IMG/VR virus record: IMGVR_UViG_3300006737_000111
Span: 1-30,675 of that record
Strand: one strand, 5' to 3'
Length of the DNA: 30,675 bases
From: a virus
Lineage: Duplodnaviria > Caudoviricetes
Shown here: one piece after another, positions 9,301 to 17,379 of the stretch
Layout: every line of letters begins with the position of its first letter
How positions within the stretch are numbered: position 1 is the first letter of the stretch
The notes under the pieces: generated by a model
What the model was told of the DNA's origin: nothing
Database searches by the model: none
The model's input: only the letters and a program-made list of their open reading frames with translations
Made by a program: the position numbers and the translations under genes

Positions 9301-12009
9301 AGTATTAATGTTTTAAATTCTCAGTATGGTACTGAGCATGAAATAGGACTGGGAGAAAATTCAAGTTTTATAACAGATGGATTTGGAACTAACACATCTT
9401 CTCCTAGAAAAATTTTAACTAATTTAGGAATAAATACAAGCGATGCTGGAGCATCACATAGGGTAGGAGTTGTAGCAACAAATGTTCATGATTCAAAAGA
9501 CAAAGTAAGAAATCCTTTATCTTTAATAGTTGACCCTCAAGCACTTGAAGGTCTTACAGATGACGCAGGAAATGAAATTGGAAATTTAAAAGAAATTGAC
9601 ATTAAATTTAAATATGATGTAATTGGATTTGCAAGCGATTCTACATATATTCCAAATGGGCCAGCATTACCTATTTTTAAATTTCAAGGAGGGGTAGCAA
9701 GCGATGCTTCTATAGATTCGTCATCTGAAAGTATTTTAAATAAAATGATAAGAGCAGAAGATTTTACATTTGATACAGCAAGGGCGCAATCAACAAGTGA
9801 TATTGGAAATATTTGCAGCGAGCCAACTAGTCACATTGGACAAAAAAGTATATGGGATGTTTGCAGAGATGGATATTTAGAAAGATATGATACAACTGGA
9901 AAATTATTATCTGCAACATTAGAAAGAGGAGAATATCAAGAATGGGACAATGCTGATACTCATGGTAATGCACATGGATGTAAACCTTTACGTATATGTT
10001 TAGACATAGAAGATAAAATACAATTTAATAATCATACAAATACTATAAGCCCTTCAGATTATATTTTAATTAAATTAGAAGAAATACCTAGTCACGGAGG
10101 CACTAATGTCGCAGCATCTGCAGGTCTTGAAAAAACTATGCTCCAGATGTTTGGAGGAAATTATGCTAGCGGAACGCATGGTTATATAAATTATGTAGGG
10201 AACAATGATATAGATAATAGAGAATATCCTTATGGCCCTTATAACCCATGGAAAAATGTTACTATGTATACTAGATTTGTTATTGATAGGTTTCAATTAA
10301 AATTTTATAATAAAGATGCAGAGGTTTCAGATATACCTTTAAATGGAAGTTCACTTGGTGTTAACTTTTCATTTGGAGCAAGCGCTTTAGAAGGTTTAGG
10401 TTGGGCTAATAAAATATTTGAATTTGCAACAACTGTTGAAAGTCAATTTAATGAAGAATCTGGATTTTCTAGCATAACTTCAGGTATTGGAGAAAACGTT
10501 GATAATCCAAATGTATCTTATATAGATATAGGTCATTCTCCTCATATAAGAGTTAAAATGCTTGAATCGTATTTAAATAATTCAAATATTAATAAAACAA
10601 AATTTTATATGAGGGACACAGAATCTGAAATATGGTATTTACAATTTTATATTGACCATAAAACAAAAACAATGCATTCTACTACGTCTTCTATAAAATC
10701 AGATTCCCCAGTGATTTCAAGTGGAGAAGCACAATTCTTTTTAGACAGAACTGCATTTATAAATTATAATGAAGTTAATAGCTATGAATCTGAAACAATG
10801 GTTTCTCAAGAAGACGCAGTTAACAGTAATACTTTAACTGCAAGATATAAATGTTCTGTTGTTGCTAACAGCAGATTGTATGTTGGGAATATAATGCAAG
10901 ATGGAGAAATACATGGAGACAGAATGCTTAAATCTCTTATTGGTAAATATAATATTTTGCCTAAATCTAATTTTATTGATGTTGCTATTAATGATGGTGA
11001 TGAAATTACAGCATTAGCATATTATAAAGATAAATTATTACAATATAAAAAACGTAAAGTATTTGTAATTAATGTATCAGGAGATTTTGAATTTTTAGAA
11101 GATACGTTTGAAAATGTTGGAGTATTAGGACAACATTCTGTAGTAAAAACTCCATATGGCATTGTATGGGCAAATAAAACAGGATGTTATATTTATGATG
11201 GTTCAAGTATGAATAATTTAATTGATAACAGAATAGCAGCAACTAGTGACTATGATGGAGTCGGAAATAATTATTGGATTGCATCTGCATCTACTCATGA
11301 TGGAGCTTGCGTTGTAGGATATATACAAGACAGAGACACTTTAATTGTTCGATGGACATCAGGCGATATCAGCAGTTTAGGTATTCCAGATTCTGCAACT
11401 TATCATTTTCCAACAAAATCTTGGATATACAATCATAAATCTATTGCAGGCAATTCTTCTTCTGGGGATACTGGAAAAATATCAAATATGATAACTAATG
11501 TAGATGGAGATGTATTGTATTACAGACATAAAGATGGAGACGCGTCTATTAATGGAATTAAAAAATGGAATAATGCATCTACGGTATTGCCTTCAGGCGG
11601 TACAAAACTATTTTATTTTAGAACTAAAGATTTTACTTTTGGAAATGTAGCAAATAGAAAGAAAATATATAAAGTATATATTACATATAAAGTTGGAACT
11701 GATGGAACTGACTCAGGTGTATCTGTATATGCTCAAAAAAATGGGTTGCCTTTTGATACAGGCACGTTTAGTAATAACATACAATTTAAAACTTCAAGTA
11801 AATTTGCGGGGACTTCAACTGTATGTTATGCATCTGAAACATTAGATGAAACTGACGGCAATTGGAAGACTGCAGAATTAAAATTTGCATCACCATCAGA
11901 AGCTAATAATATATATTCTTTTCAATTATTGTTTTATGCCTCTACTGTAGCAGCTGATTTTGAAATTAATGACATATCTATTGTATTTAAAACAAAACGA
12001 GTCAAGTAA
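6370..12009 (+). CDS. Tail nozzle / tail tubular protein B-like (P22 gp10/T7 gp12 class) with large insertions
   Basis: GTG start; N-terminal NFAGGLN..DIEDNQ..N and C-terminal beta-propeller-type strands (SRLYVGN, GDEITALAYYKDKLL, GIVWANKTGCYIYDG, FRTKDFTFG..RKKIYKV) are typical of podovirus stabilisation/nozzle proteins. Confidence 0.7.
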   Translation: MPKQVLQITNFAGGLNAYSDARDIEDNQFVQNWNAVVDKNGIIRVSGMAETTLGSEYFGSQNFKPGYGLFQFTSDYEFSGIESNFNSGIATGTIDTVTSTTVFILEDAFITSSANETYDDMIVYIYAGAGSGQSRKVSSYVGSSRTLTTTAAFSTALNDKDDANPSKYMIYRWTPSTNFKGDGTNYKDWIDDVYSNQEEYCIVSKTGTITSAQSKDLGYIEYEPNLSLFSGVEYTVEYTVDLSSPLTLNVADGSKTGSSTNNYGDLSPFIELYSSTIADTGGSIKTLSDTTPSVTAWEASKKHYGVLPDDNGTSAKGYGAVFDIYTDASGNPTFYFTKDKGFDFVAGETLTFTDPGSTSNTAEITVGSINVTGLSLIASENMSYKWLSGIGRNGTTSGYIYNPGSNYIDNGDFRDNYNTLSTTGVVSNESTVSATDSSVTLTVDTTAATETLLLHQSLYKSDGTFIGICDSVNSTTEIVFSKGVDVDIANDTVLYVQEWDIVRNPEAATSDFANHGLTVAQLSGSSSVDNTASGAKLTTSIFGSNGNALSQTVQLHEHTSYSLDFLYHYTSLVSSVSGHGNAIVQVINPETEEVLFFKNLTSITTSLSDGFGNEKHHPNYSGIHPVSNQTTDGPIFFTTPASRTTSDTMPIKIQFGIETPHPNTFRFFLHGVTLYKNYFNAAGIAVRDFSNTSQSVGVDSNNPFHNHDESTYKFNFIIPKNYTDVTNWKFRIHAGKFGYGGDQGEDNSTVKIKNFKITSNRQVDKDVITMLLDNKQNSSAIHLHNSKSSSWTLNYINWGDSGAEPNYDYINGMLKISDGNFNTGNKNKLVYYSNRTPSNSNSTIGWTKTEEFLVSPPSTAVFQINEDPESAAVFDLSTYFNELFTGKTYRQNETTKQTNWPMGAFGDITYENENSNGIINPTGMVIRCFTDGSRNMSNGRNGGLYSDTHSACEITQKYKRLPDPNSQWYIDNIIEDNSINVLNSQYGTEHEIGLGENSSFITDGFGTNTSSPRKILTNLGINTSDAGASHRVGVVATNVHDSKDKVRNPLSLIVDPQALEGLTDDAGNEIGNLKEIDIKFKYDVIGFASDSTYIPNGPALPIFKFQGGVASDASIDSSSESILNKMIRAEDFTFDTARAQSTSDIGNICSEPTSHIGQKSIWDVCRDGYLERYDTTGKLLSATLERGEYQEWDNADTHGNAHGCKPLRICLDIEDKIQFNNHTNTISPSDYILIKLEEIPSHGGTNVAASAGLEKTMLQMFGGNYASGTHGYINYVGNNDIDNREYPYGPYNPWKNVTMYTRFVIDRFQLKFYNKDAEVSDIPLNGSSLGVNFSFGASALEGLGWANKIFEFATTVESQFNEESGFSSITSGIGENVDNPNVSYIDIGHSPHIRVKMLESYLNNSNINKTKFYMRDTESEIWYLQFYIDHKTKTMHSTTSSIKSDSPVISSGEAQFFLDRTAFINYNEVNSYESETMVSQEDAVNSNTLTARYKCSVVANSRLYVGNIMQDGEIHGDRMLKSLIGKYNILPKSNFIDVAINDGDEITALAYYKDKLLQYKKRKVFVINVSGDFEFLEDTFENVGVLGQHSVVKTPYGIVWANKTGCYIYDGSSMNNLIDNRIAATSDYDGVGNNYWIASASTHDGACVVGYIQDRDTLIVRWTSGDISSLGIPDSATYHFPTKSWIYNHKSIAGNSSSGDTGKISNMITNVDGDVLYYRHKDGDASINGIKKWNNASTVLPSGGTKLFYFRTKDFTFGNVANRKKIYKVYITYKVGTDGTDSGVSVYAQKNGLPFDTGTFSNNIQFKTSSKFAGTSTVCYASETLDETDGNWKTAELKFASPSEANNIYSFQLLFYASTVAADFEINDISIVFKTKRVK

Positions 12010-14120
12010 TGGCTAATTTTCAACATTTAAAAGCGTCAAGAACTCGTGTTCTTAATACTTTTCCCACAAAAGATTTTGGCAATGACGGGGATATTGTTAT
12101 ATCAAGAATATCTGGTCGTGGTGTGTTTATTTGCACAAAAGCTGGAGGTATGTGGTATGTTGCAAATCAAATGCAAGAACTTAATCGTATTGGAAAATCA
12201 ACAACAAAACATTTAACAACAAATAAATTAACTGTAAAAGATTTAACAAATGAATATATTGTTAATAATTTAGGAAATATTGAATCTAAGACAGGAGAAC
12301 AGCTTGTTGATGATTTACTATTACCTTTTAAAAATATAAGCTATAAAAGCGCATATTGCTCATTAGAGCAGTATTCTGATAAAGAAACATGCGAGTCTAA
12401 TGGTGGAACATGGTATTATTCTGAAAATGACACTCATGATAGCATAAGTAGTACAGCAGAAAATCAATTACTCACAATTGGTCAAACAATAGGAAATGTT
12501 GATGCAGAATCTACATTATTATATGATGGCTCGGTATTAGAAATAAAACGTAATACAAATTATGATGATAACTGGCAAACTGCAGCAAACGACAATGTAT
12601 TAAAGTTATCATACAATTCCAGCGTATCATCTACACTAGGAACAGATTCAGGTGGCGCATTAAAAGTCACAGCATCAAATACAGATTTATCAGGGACTCT
12701 TGAAATATCTACAATAGCAGAAGTTGGTAGTGATACAGATAAATTTTTAATGTCCGATTCTGGCGTTGTCAAGTTTGTTACAGGTGCAAATCTACGTTCA
12801 TATATTGGAGCAGGTACAGGTGATGGTGATATTACAGGTGTAAGTATAACAACAGATACAGGTTCAGGAAGTAAAGCTGAAGACACAGCAGGTTCTGCAG
12901 ATTTTTCTATATTAGGTTCTAATGGTGTAGGTGTAACTAACAGTGGCACAACTATAACTGCTGTTGCTGTTCCTGCAGAAATAGACCATGATTCTTTAAA
13001 TAATTTTGATGCCAATGAACATTTTACGCAAGCTAATATAACAACAGTAGGAACCATTGGTACTGGCGTATGGCAAGGAACTGCTATAGCACATGCTTAT
13101 ATAGGTGCTGATGCAATTGAAGGCGATAACATAGCAGATGATGCTGTTAACAGTGAACATTATACAGATGGGTCTATCGATACAGCTCATATAGGAGATG
13201 ACCAAGTTACGTATGCTAAAATACAAAATATGACTAACGCAAGAATGCTTGGCAATAATGCTGGTTCTGATGGAATTATTACTGAAATGACAAAAGCAAA
13301 TGTATTAACATTTCTAAATGTAGCTGATGGAGCAACTGCAAATGCAGGGGATGTAACATTAGCAGGTGCTCAAACATTTACAGGTGTAAAAACATTTAAT
13401 GCAAATGTAAAAATACATGGAGAAAATTCAAGATATTTATATTTAGATGATGGAGAAAATGTTTCTCTCACAGCTTCAAGTGGGACAAATTTATCCATAG
13501 CTGTAGATGGAACAGAGCAGATATCAATTACAGACGAAGTAATAAAATTTGAACAAAATCATTTTTTAATAAAAGAAAGAGCTAGTGCAGGTAGTGATGC
13601 TGCAGGTTATGGTCAGATTTGGATAGATGATGCAGCTCCAAATGAACTTGCATTTACAGATGATGCAGGAACAGATATAGTTGGTATTGGTAAATATCAT
13701 TATGAAACAAAGTATATAGGGTATAATGCTACTGTTTCTGCTGTTTATTTACCTATGACAGGCTATATATTTGAAAGAACAGCAACAACTAGTAGTAATG
13801 AATTTTTATGTTTTATTGCACCGTATGATGGGGTGTTAGAAAAATTTTGTTTTAGAAGTGAGATAGCACAAGACGGGACAGCAAGTTTAAGATTTCTAGA
13901 AGCAAGTAATGATACAGAAGTACCTTCGTCTATGACTTTTAGAAAAGATTTAGTAATAGATATAGCAGATGACACATTTTTAGACTATGATTTAACATCT
14001 CCAACATCAGGAAGTACAACGCTTACTAAAGGCAGGCTATATAATATTTATTTATCTATGCCCTCAGCAAGTCAGGACACGAATGTTACTATGGTCTTTA
14101 AATGGGATATAACAACTTAA
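12009..14120 (+). CDS. Tail fibre / receptor-binding protein
   Basis: 703 aa, G/T/A/D-rich; GDITGV, GTIGTGVWQGTAI, 10-residue repeats, AQTFTGVKTF shaft motif, C-terminal beta-sandwich tip. Confidence 0.75.
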   Translation: MANFQHLKASRTRVLNTFPTKDFGNDGDIVISRISGRGVFICTKAGGMWYVANQMQELNRIGKSTTKHLTTNKLTVKDLTNEYIVNNLGNIESKTGEQLVDDLLLPFKNISYKSAYCSLEQYSDKETCESNGGTWYYSENDTHDSISSTAENQLLTIGQTIGNVDAESTLLYDGSVLEIKRNTNYDDNWQTAANDNVLKLSYNSSVSSTLGTDSGGALKVTASNTDLSGTLEISTIAEVGSDTDKFLMSDSGVVKFVTGANLRSYIGAGTGDGDITGVSITTDTGSGSKAEDTAGSADFSILGSNGVGVTNSGTTITAVAVPAEIDHDSLNNFDANEHFTQANITTVGTIGTGVWQGTAIAHAYIGADAIEGDNIADDAVNSEHYTDGSIDTAHIGDDQVTYAKIQNMTNARMLGNNAGSDGIITEMTKANVLTFLNVADGATANAGDVTLAGAQTFTGVKTFNANVKIHGENSRYLYLDDGENVSLTASSGTNLSIAVDGTEQISITDEVIKFEQNHFLIKERASAGSDAAGYGQIWIDDAAPNELAFTDDAGTDIVGIGKYHYETKYIGYNATVSAVYLPMTGYIFERTATTSSNEFLCFIAPYDGVLEKFCFRSEIAQDGTASLRFLEASNDTEVPSSMTFRKDLVIDIADDTFLDYDLTSPTSGSTTLTKGRLYNIYLSMPSASQDTNVTMVFKWDITT
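13083..13229 (+). repeat. About 5 x 10-aa degenerate fibre shaft repeats
   Basis: AIAHAYIGAD / AIEGDNIADD / AVNSEHYTDG / SIDTAHIGDD / QVTYAKIQN in the tail fibre. Confidence 0.7.
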
Positions 14121-14129
14121 ATGTTAGAT

Positions 14130-14158
14130 TTGTAAATAATGAGAATAAGTGATATATT
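14130..14158 (+). promoter_or_regulatory. Sigma70-type promoter with extended -10
   Basis: TTGTAA (14130-35), 17-nt spacer, TGn + TATATT (14153-58), in the only sizeable gap of the + arm, followed by an AAGGAG RBS. Confidence 0.55.
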
Positions 14159-14191
14159 TAACAGAAGAATTAGACTTAAAAAGGAGTAGTT

Positions 14192-15034
14192 ATGGCATAT
14201 AATCCATATCAAGTTGCAACCACAGAGCAATCAATATTAGAAAATTTAATAGGAGCAAAACAATCTCAAAGACTTGGAGCTGAAGCAATTGGTCAACAAA
14301 AATCTGAAATGAAAACAGAATTTGAAAAAGAACAAAAAGCTTTAATAGACGAACAGGAAAGAATTGCAAAACAAACAAGAAAGAAAAAATGGTATGAAAA
14401 ACTTGCTCCAGTTATATCTTTACTCAATCCAGTTGCAGGTGCGGTTGTAGGTGGTTTAGCTGGAATGAAAGGTGTAAAAGATACTAAGAAATTTGAAGAA
14501 GATAAATTAGCTCAAATGAAAGCTTTAGATATCGGAGGAGTAGAAGAATATGGTGGCACTTTTTTAGGAGACTTAGCAAGAACACAAGAAGATAAAGCGG
14601 CAGATGTTTATGAAGATTATCAAGAAAGCATTGATGACATTGGCGCAGGTGATATTTTAACAGCAGGAGCTTTAGGTGCAACAAAAGGGTATGGAGCAGG
14701 CAAGCTAGGGCAATCTTTAGGTGTGTCTGATACTTTTTTTAAAGATGTGTTTACAGGGCAAAATCCTTTTGCGGGAATGGGAGGATTAAGCCCAGATGCT
14801 TTACTCGAAGGAGTAACAAAAGGAGATTTTGATATTACTGATATTGTAAAAGGTGGCGGAGGAATTAATAAAGGATTTCTTAAAAATTTTATTAAAAATT
14901 TAGGCAGTGGTGGATTAGGAAGTTTTGACCCAACTACATTATTTAAAGAAGATGGTTTTCTTGAAAACGTTTTAAGTAAAGTAAACTTTTTAGATTTTGA
15001 AGAAGGTGGAAAAGTAAATAGGAGGAATTATTAA
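14192..15034 (+). CDS. Putative ejection (internal virion) protein 1
   Basis: 280 aa; Q/E/K coiled coil plus Gly/Ala-rich hydrophobic segments (PVAGAVVGGLAG); first gene after the tail genes. Confidence 0.55.
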   Translation: MAYNPYQVATTEQSILENLIGAKQSQRLGAEAIGQQKSEMKTEFEKEQKALIDEQERIAKQTRKKKWYEKLAPVISLLNPVAGAVVGGLAGMKGVKDTKKFEEDKLAQMKALDIGGVEEYGGTFLGDLARTQEDKAADVYEDYQESIDDIGAGDILTAGALGATKGYGAGKLGQSLGVSDTFFKDVFTGQNPFAGMGGLSPDALLEGVTKGDFDITDIVKGGGGINKGFLKNFIKNLGSGGLGSFDPTTLFKEDGFLENVLSKVNFLDFEEGGKVNRRNY

Positions 15035-15504
15035 TGGCAATGATAGATGATATAGTAGGGCAACTTTCACAACTTGGAATAGATACACAGGGATTTTCAG
15101 GTTTATCTCAATTAGGCCCTCAGCAAATAGCGACAGCATTGCAAGGACAATTTGGTTTATCAGGTAGTCAATTACCGTCTTCTTTATTTCAACCTATATC
15201 AGAAGAATTAATTAAAGGTTCGTTAGCAAGTACATACTCCCCTCAAGTTCAAGCAACAGGACAAACACTTGTTGATAAAATGTTACAGTCAGGACAAGGA
15301 CAAATGGGCAGGCAAGCAGCAGGAGGTTTTGCGGGAAGTGGACAACAACAACAATTTGCTAGTGGAATTAAAGATGTATACGGAAAAGGAATGACTGACG
15401 TCTTAACAAAGACAGGACAGCAAAGAACGCAATCATTAAGTTCAATACAAGACTTAATTAACCAATGGCGTTCTCAAGCATTGCAAATCAAAGGATATCA
15501 ATAA
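15034..15504 (+). CDS. Putative ejection protein 2 (Gln/Gly-rich)
   Basis: 156 aa, very Q/G/S-rich, GGFAGSG motif; AGGAGG RBS. Confidence 0.55.
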   Translation: MAMIDDIVGQLSQLGIDTQGFSGLSQLGPQQIATALQGQFGLSGSQLPSSLFQPISEELIKGSLASTYSPQVQATGQTLVDKMLQSGQGQMGRQAAGGFAGSGQQQQFASGIKDVYGKGMTDVLTKTGQQRTQSLSSIQDLINQWRSQALQIKGYQ

Positions 15505-15516
15505 AAGGATTTTTAA

Positions 15517-17376
15517 ATGGAAGCAATTTCAGATATTTTAAAAATAGTACAAGGCTTTTCTTCTGGTCATGAAGCAAGAAGACAAAAAATAGGATTGCAG
15601 CAAACAGGTGTTAATAATATGCTTAATGCTGCTCAAACAGAAGAACAACTTAATAGCGTTATGTCTGCTCTTGACAACATTAAAGAATACAGCAGCGAAT
15701 ACGATTCAACAAATTTTAATCAAAATGCAATACGGTTTGCAGCAGAAAATAAAAAAGCTGCATATGATGATTTTTCTAATGCTATACAACAAGCTGATGA
15801 GTTTTTTAAAAGTGATAAATATAAATCAAAATCTGCGGATTGGGTTGATTTAGATGCTACAAGAGAGTCGTTAAACGAACAAGGATTAAATTACGAATCT
15901 AATTTAGAAATGATTAGTAATGAATATTTAAAAATAGGAACTTTAAGGAATAAGATAACTGCAGGCGCAGCACAATTCAGAATACCAAAAATAGGTGACG
16001 GAACATTTGATGAAGACCAATTAAGTGTTAATATTGGCAATTATCAACGTTCTTTAGACAATGCTTTAACTGCAATGGTTGGGGATGGAGTTATAACTAT
16101 GGATGAAGCTGAGAATATAACAAAAGCTAACTTTACCTCAGCAGACATGAAATCTTTAAGAAATGAAAAGAAATCTATGTTTACAACTGAAATTAAACAA
16201 TCTGATAGTATTTTATTAGGTCTTCAAAATGAACAATTATCTCTTTTAACAGGAGATGATTTAATAGGACAATTAATGAATTTAGGCTTAGATGAGGAAA
16301 CATTAAAACTTGCATCAGGAGATTTCATTGCTGGAAATAAAACTGCTGAACAAACAATTAGAGAACTTATAGATGCTGAACAAACAAGAAATAGAGAATT
16401 AAGAAATAAATATAAACAAGCTGTTGGGTATTATTATGCGGATGAAGAAGTTTTAAATTTTTTACCAAGCGATATAGATGAAGAAGGAGGCACTGTTGTT
16501 ATTGACCAAATAACAGATGAAGCACTTGCAGATGTTGATGCAGTAGAAAAAGAAGTTACAGATAAACAACTTACTGAAAAATACGGTACAACAGACCAAG
16601 TTGAAATACAAAAAATTATTAAAGGAGAAACTCCTTCACGTTTAACAACTGACAATATAATAATAGACAATATTGAAACTGATGGTGTTGACCAGACTAT
16701 GAATAAAGTAGTAGATGGAACTTTAGCTGACGATTCTTTTATAAATTTACTTGACAATGCAGATATATCATCTTATGGGGATTTGGATTACACAGAACTT
16801 GCAGATATGATTAAAAACAATGAAATGCCTGATTACATAGCAGAAGCATATAAGTCTGCAGCTTTAGATGTTCCAACTTTTTTAGAATTTTTACAAAATC
16901 CTCCAACTGTAGAAAACTTAGAAAAAGCTTTTTTTGAAAAATATCCAGAAAAATTAAATGAATTTACAGATGAACAAAAAAGAATTAATAGAGTAAACTT
17001 TAGTCGTTTTTATTTAGGTTCAAAAGGCGAAGAATATTTAAAAAATTATAAAAATTTAAAAAAGAATCTAGGAGATTGGTCATCTTTAGATAAACAAAAA
17101 TCTGGCAATTCTTTAAAGAAATTTTTAAGTGATGAATTAAATATGCTTCAGGCTGTAAAAGAAGGGACTGATGAAAAACTTGGCAAAAAAATGCTTAAAC
17201 GTTCAAGCTTAACTTATAATGAATCAAATATGTTAAAAGAATTTAAAAAGAAATATAAAGATTCTAATTTAACGTTAGAAGAATTTATAAATCAAAATCA
17301 GGCAGAATTTAGGAATATCGCTTTAACCATTAAATATGGATTACAAATTCTTCCTAGAAGAAGCGACCAAAATTAA
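15517..17376 (+). CDS. Putative ejection protein 3 (alpha-helical)
   Basis: 619 aa, Cys-free, helical, acidic middle and basic C-terminus; position before the giant protein. Confidence 0.5.
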   Translation: MEAISDILKIVQGFSSGHEARRQKIGLQQTGVNNMLNAAQTEEQLNSVMSALDNIKEYSSEYDSTNFNQNAIRFAAENKKAAYDDFSNAIQQADEFFKSDKYKSKSADWVDLDATRESLNEQGLNYESNLEMISNEYLKIGTLRNKITAGAAQFRIPKIGDGTFDEDQLSVNIGNYQRSLDNALTAMVGDGVITMDEAENITKANFTSADMKSLRNEKKSMFTTEIKQSDSILLGLQNEQLSLLTGDDLIGQLMNLGLDEETLKLASGDFIAGNKTAEQTIRELIDAEQTRNRELRNKYKQAVGYYYADEEVLNFLPSDIDEEGGTVVIDQITDEALADVDAVEKEVTDKQLTEKYGTTDQVEIQKIIKGETPSRLTTDNIIIDNIETDGVDQTMNKVVDGTLADDSFINLLDNADISSYGDLDYTELADMIKNNEMPDYIAEAYKSAALDVPTFLEFLQNPPTVENLEKAFFEKYPEKLNEFTDEQKRINRVNFSRFYLGSKGEEYLKNYKNLKKNLGDWSSLDKQKSGNSLKKFLSDELNMLQAVKEGTDEKLGKKMLKRSSLTYNESNMLKEFKKKYKDSNLTLEEFINQNQAEFRNIALTIKYGLQILPRRSDQN

Positions 17377-17379
17377 AAT

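Noticed and set aside
14156-14183. ATTTAACAGAA resembling the XerD arm of a dif site
   Set aside because: One mismatch, no matching XerC arm, and such matches are expected by chance in AT-rich DNA.
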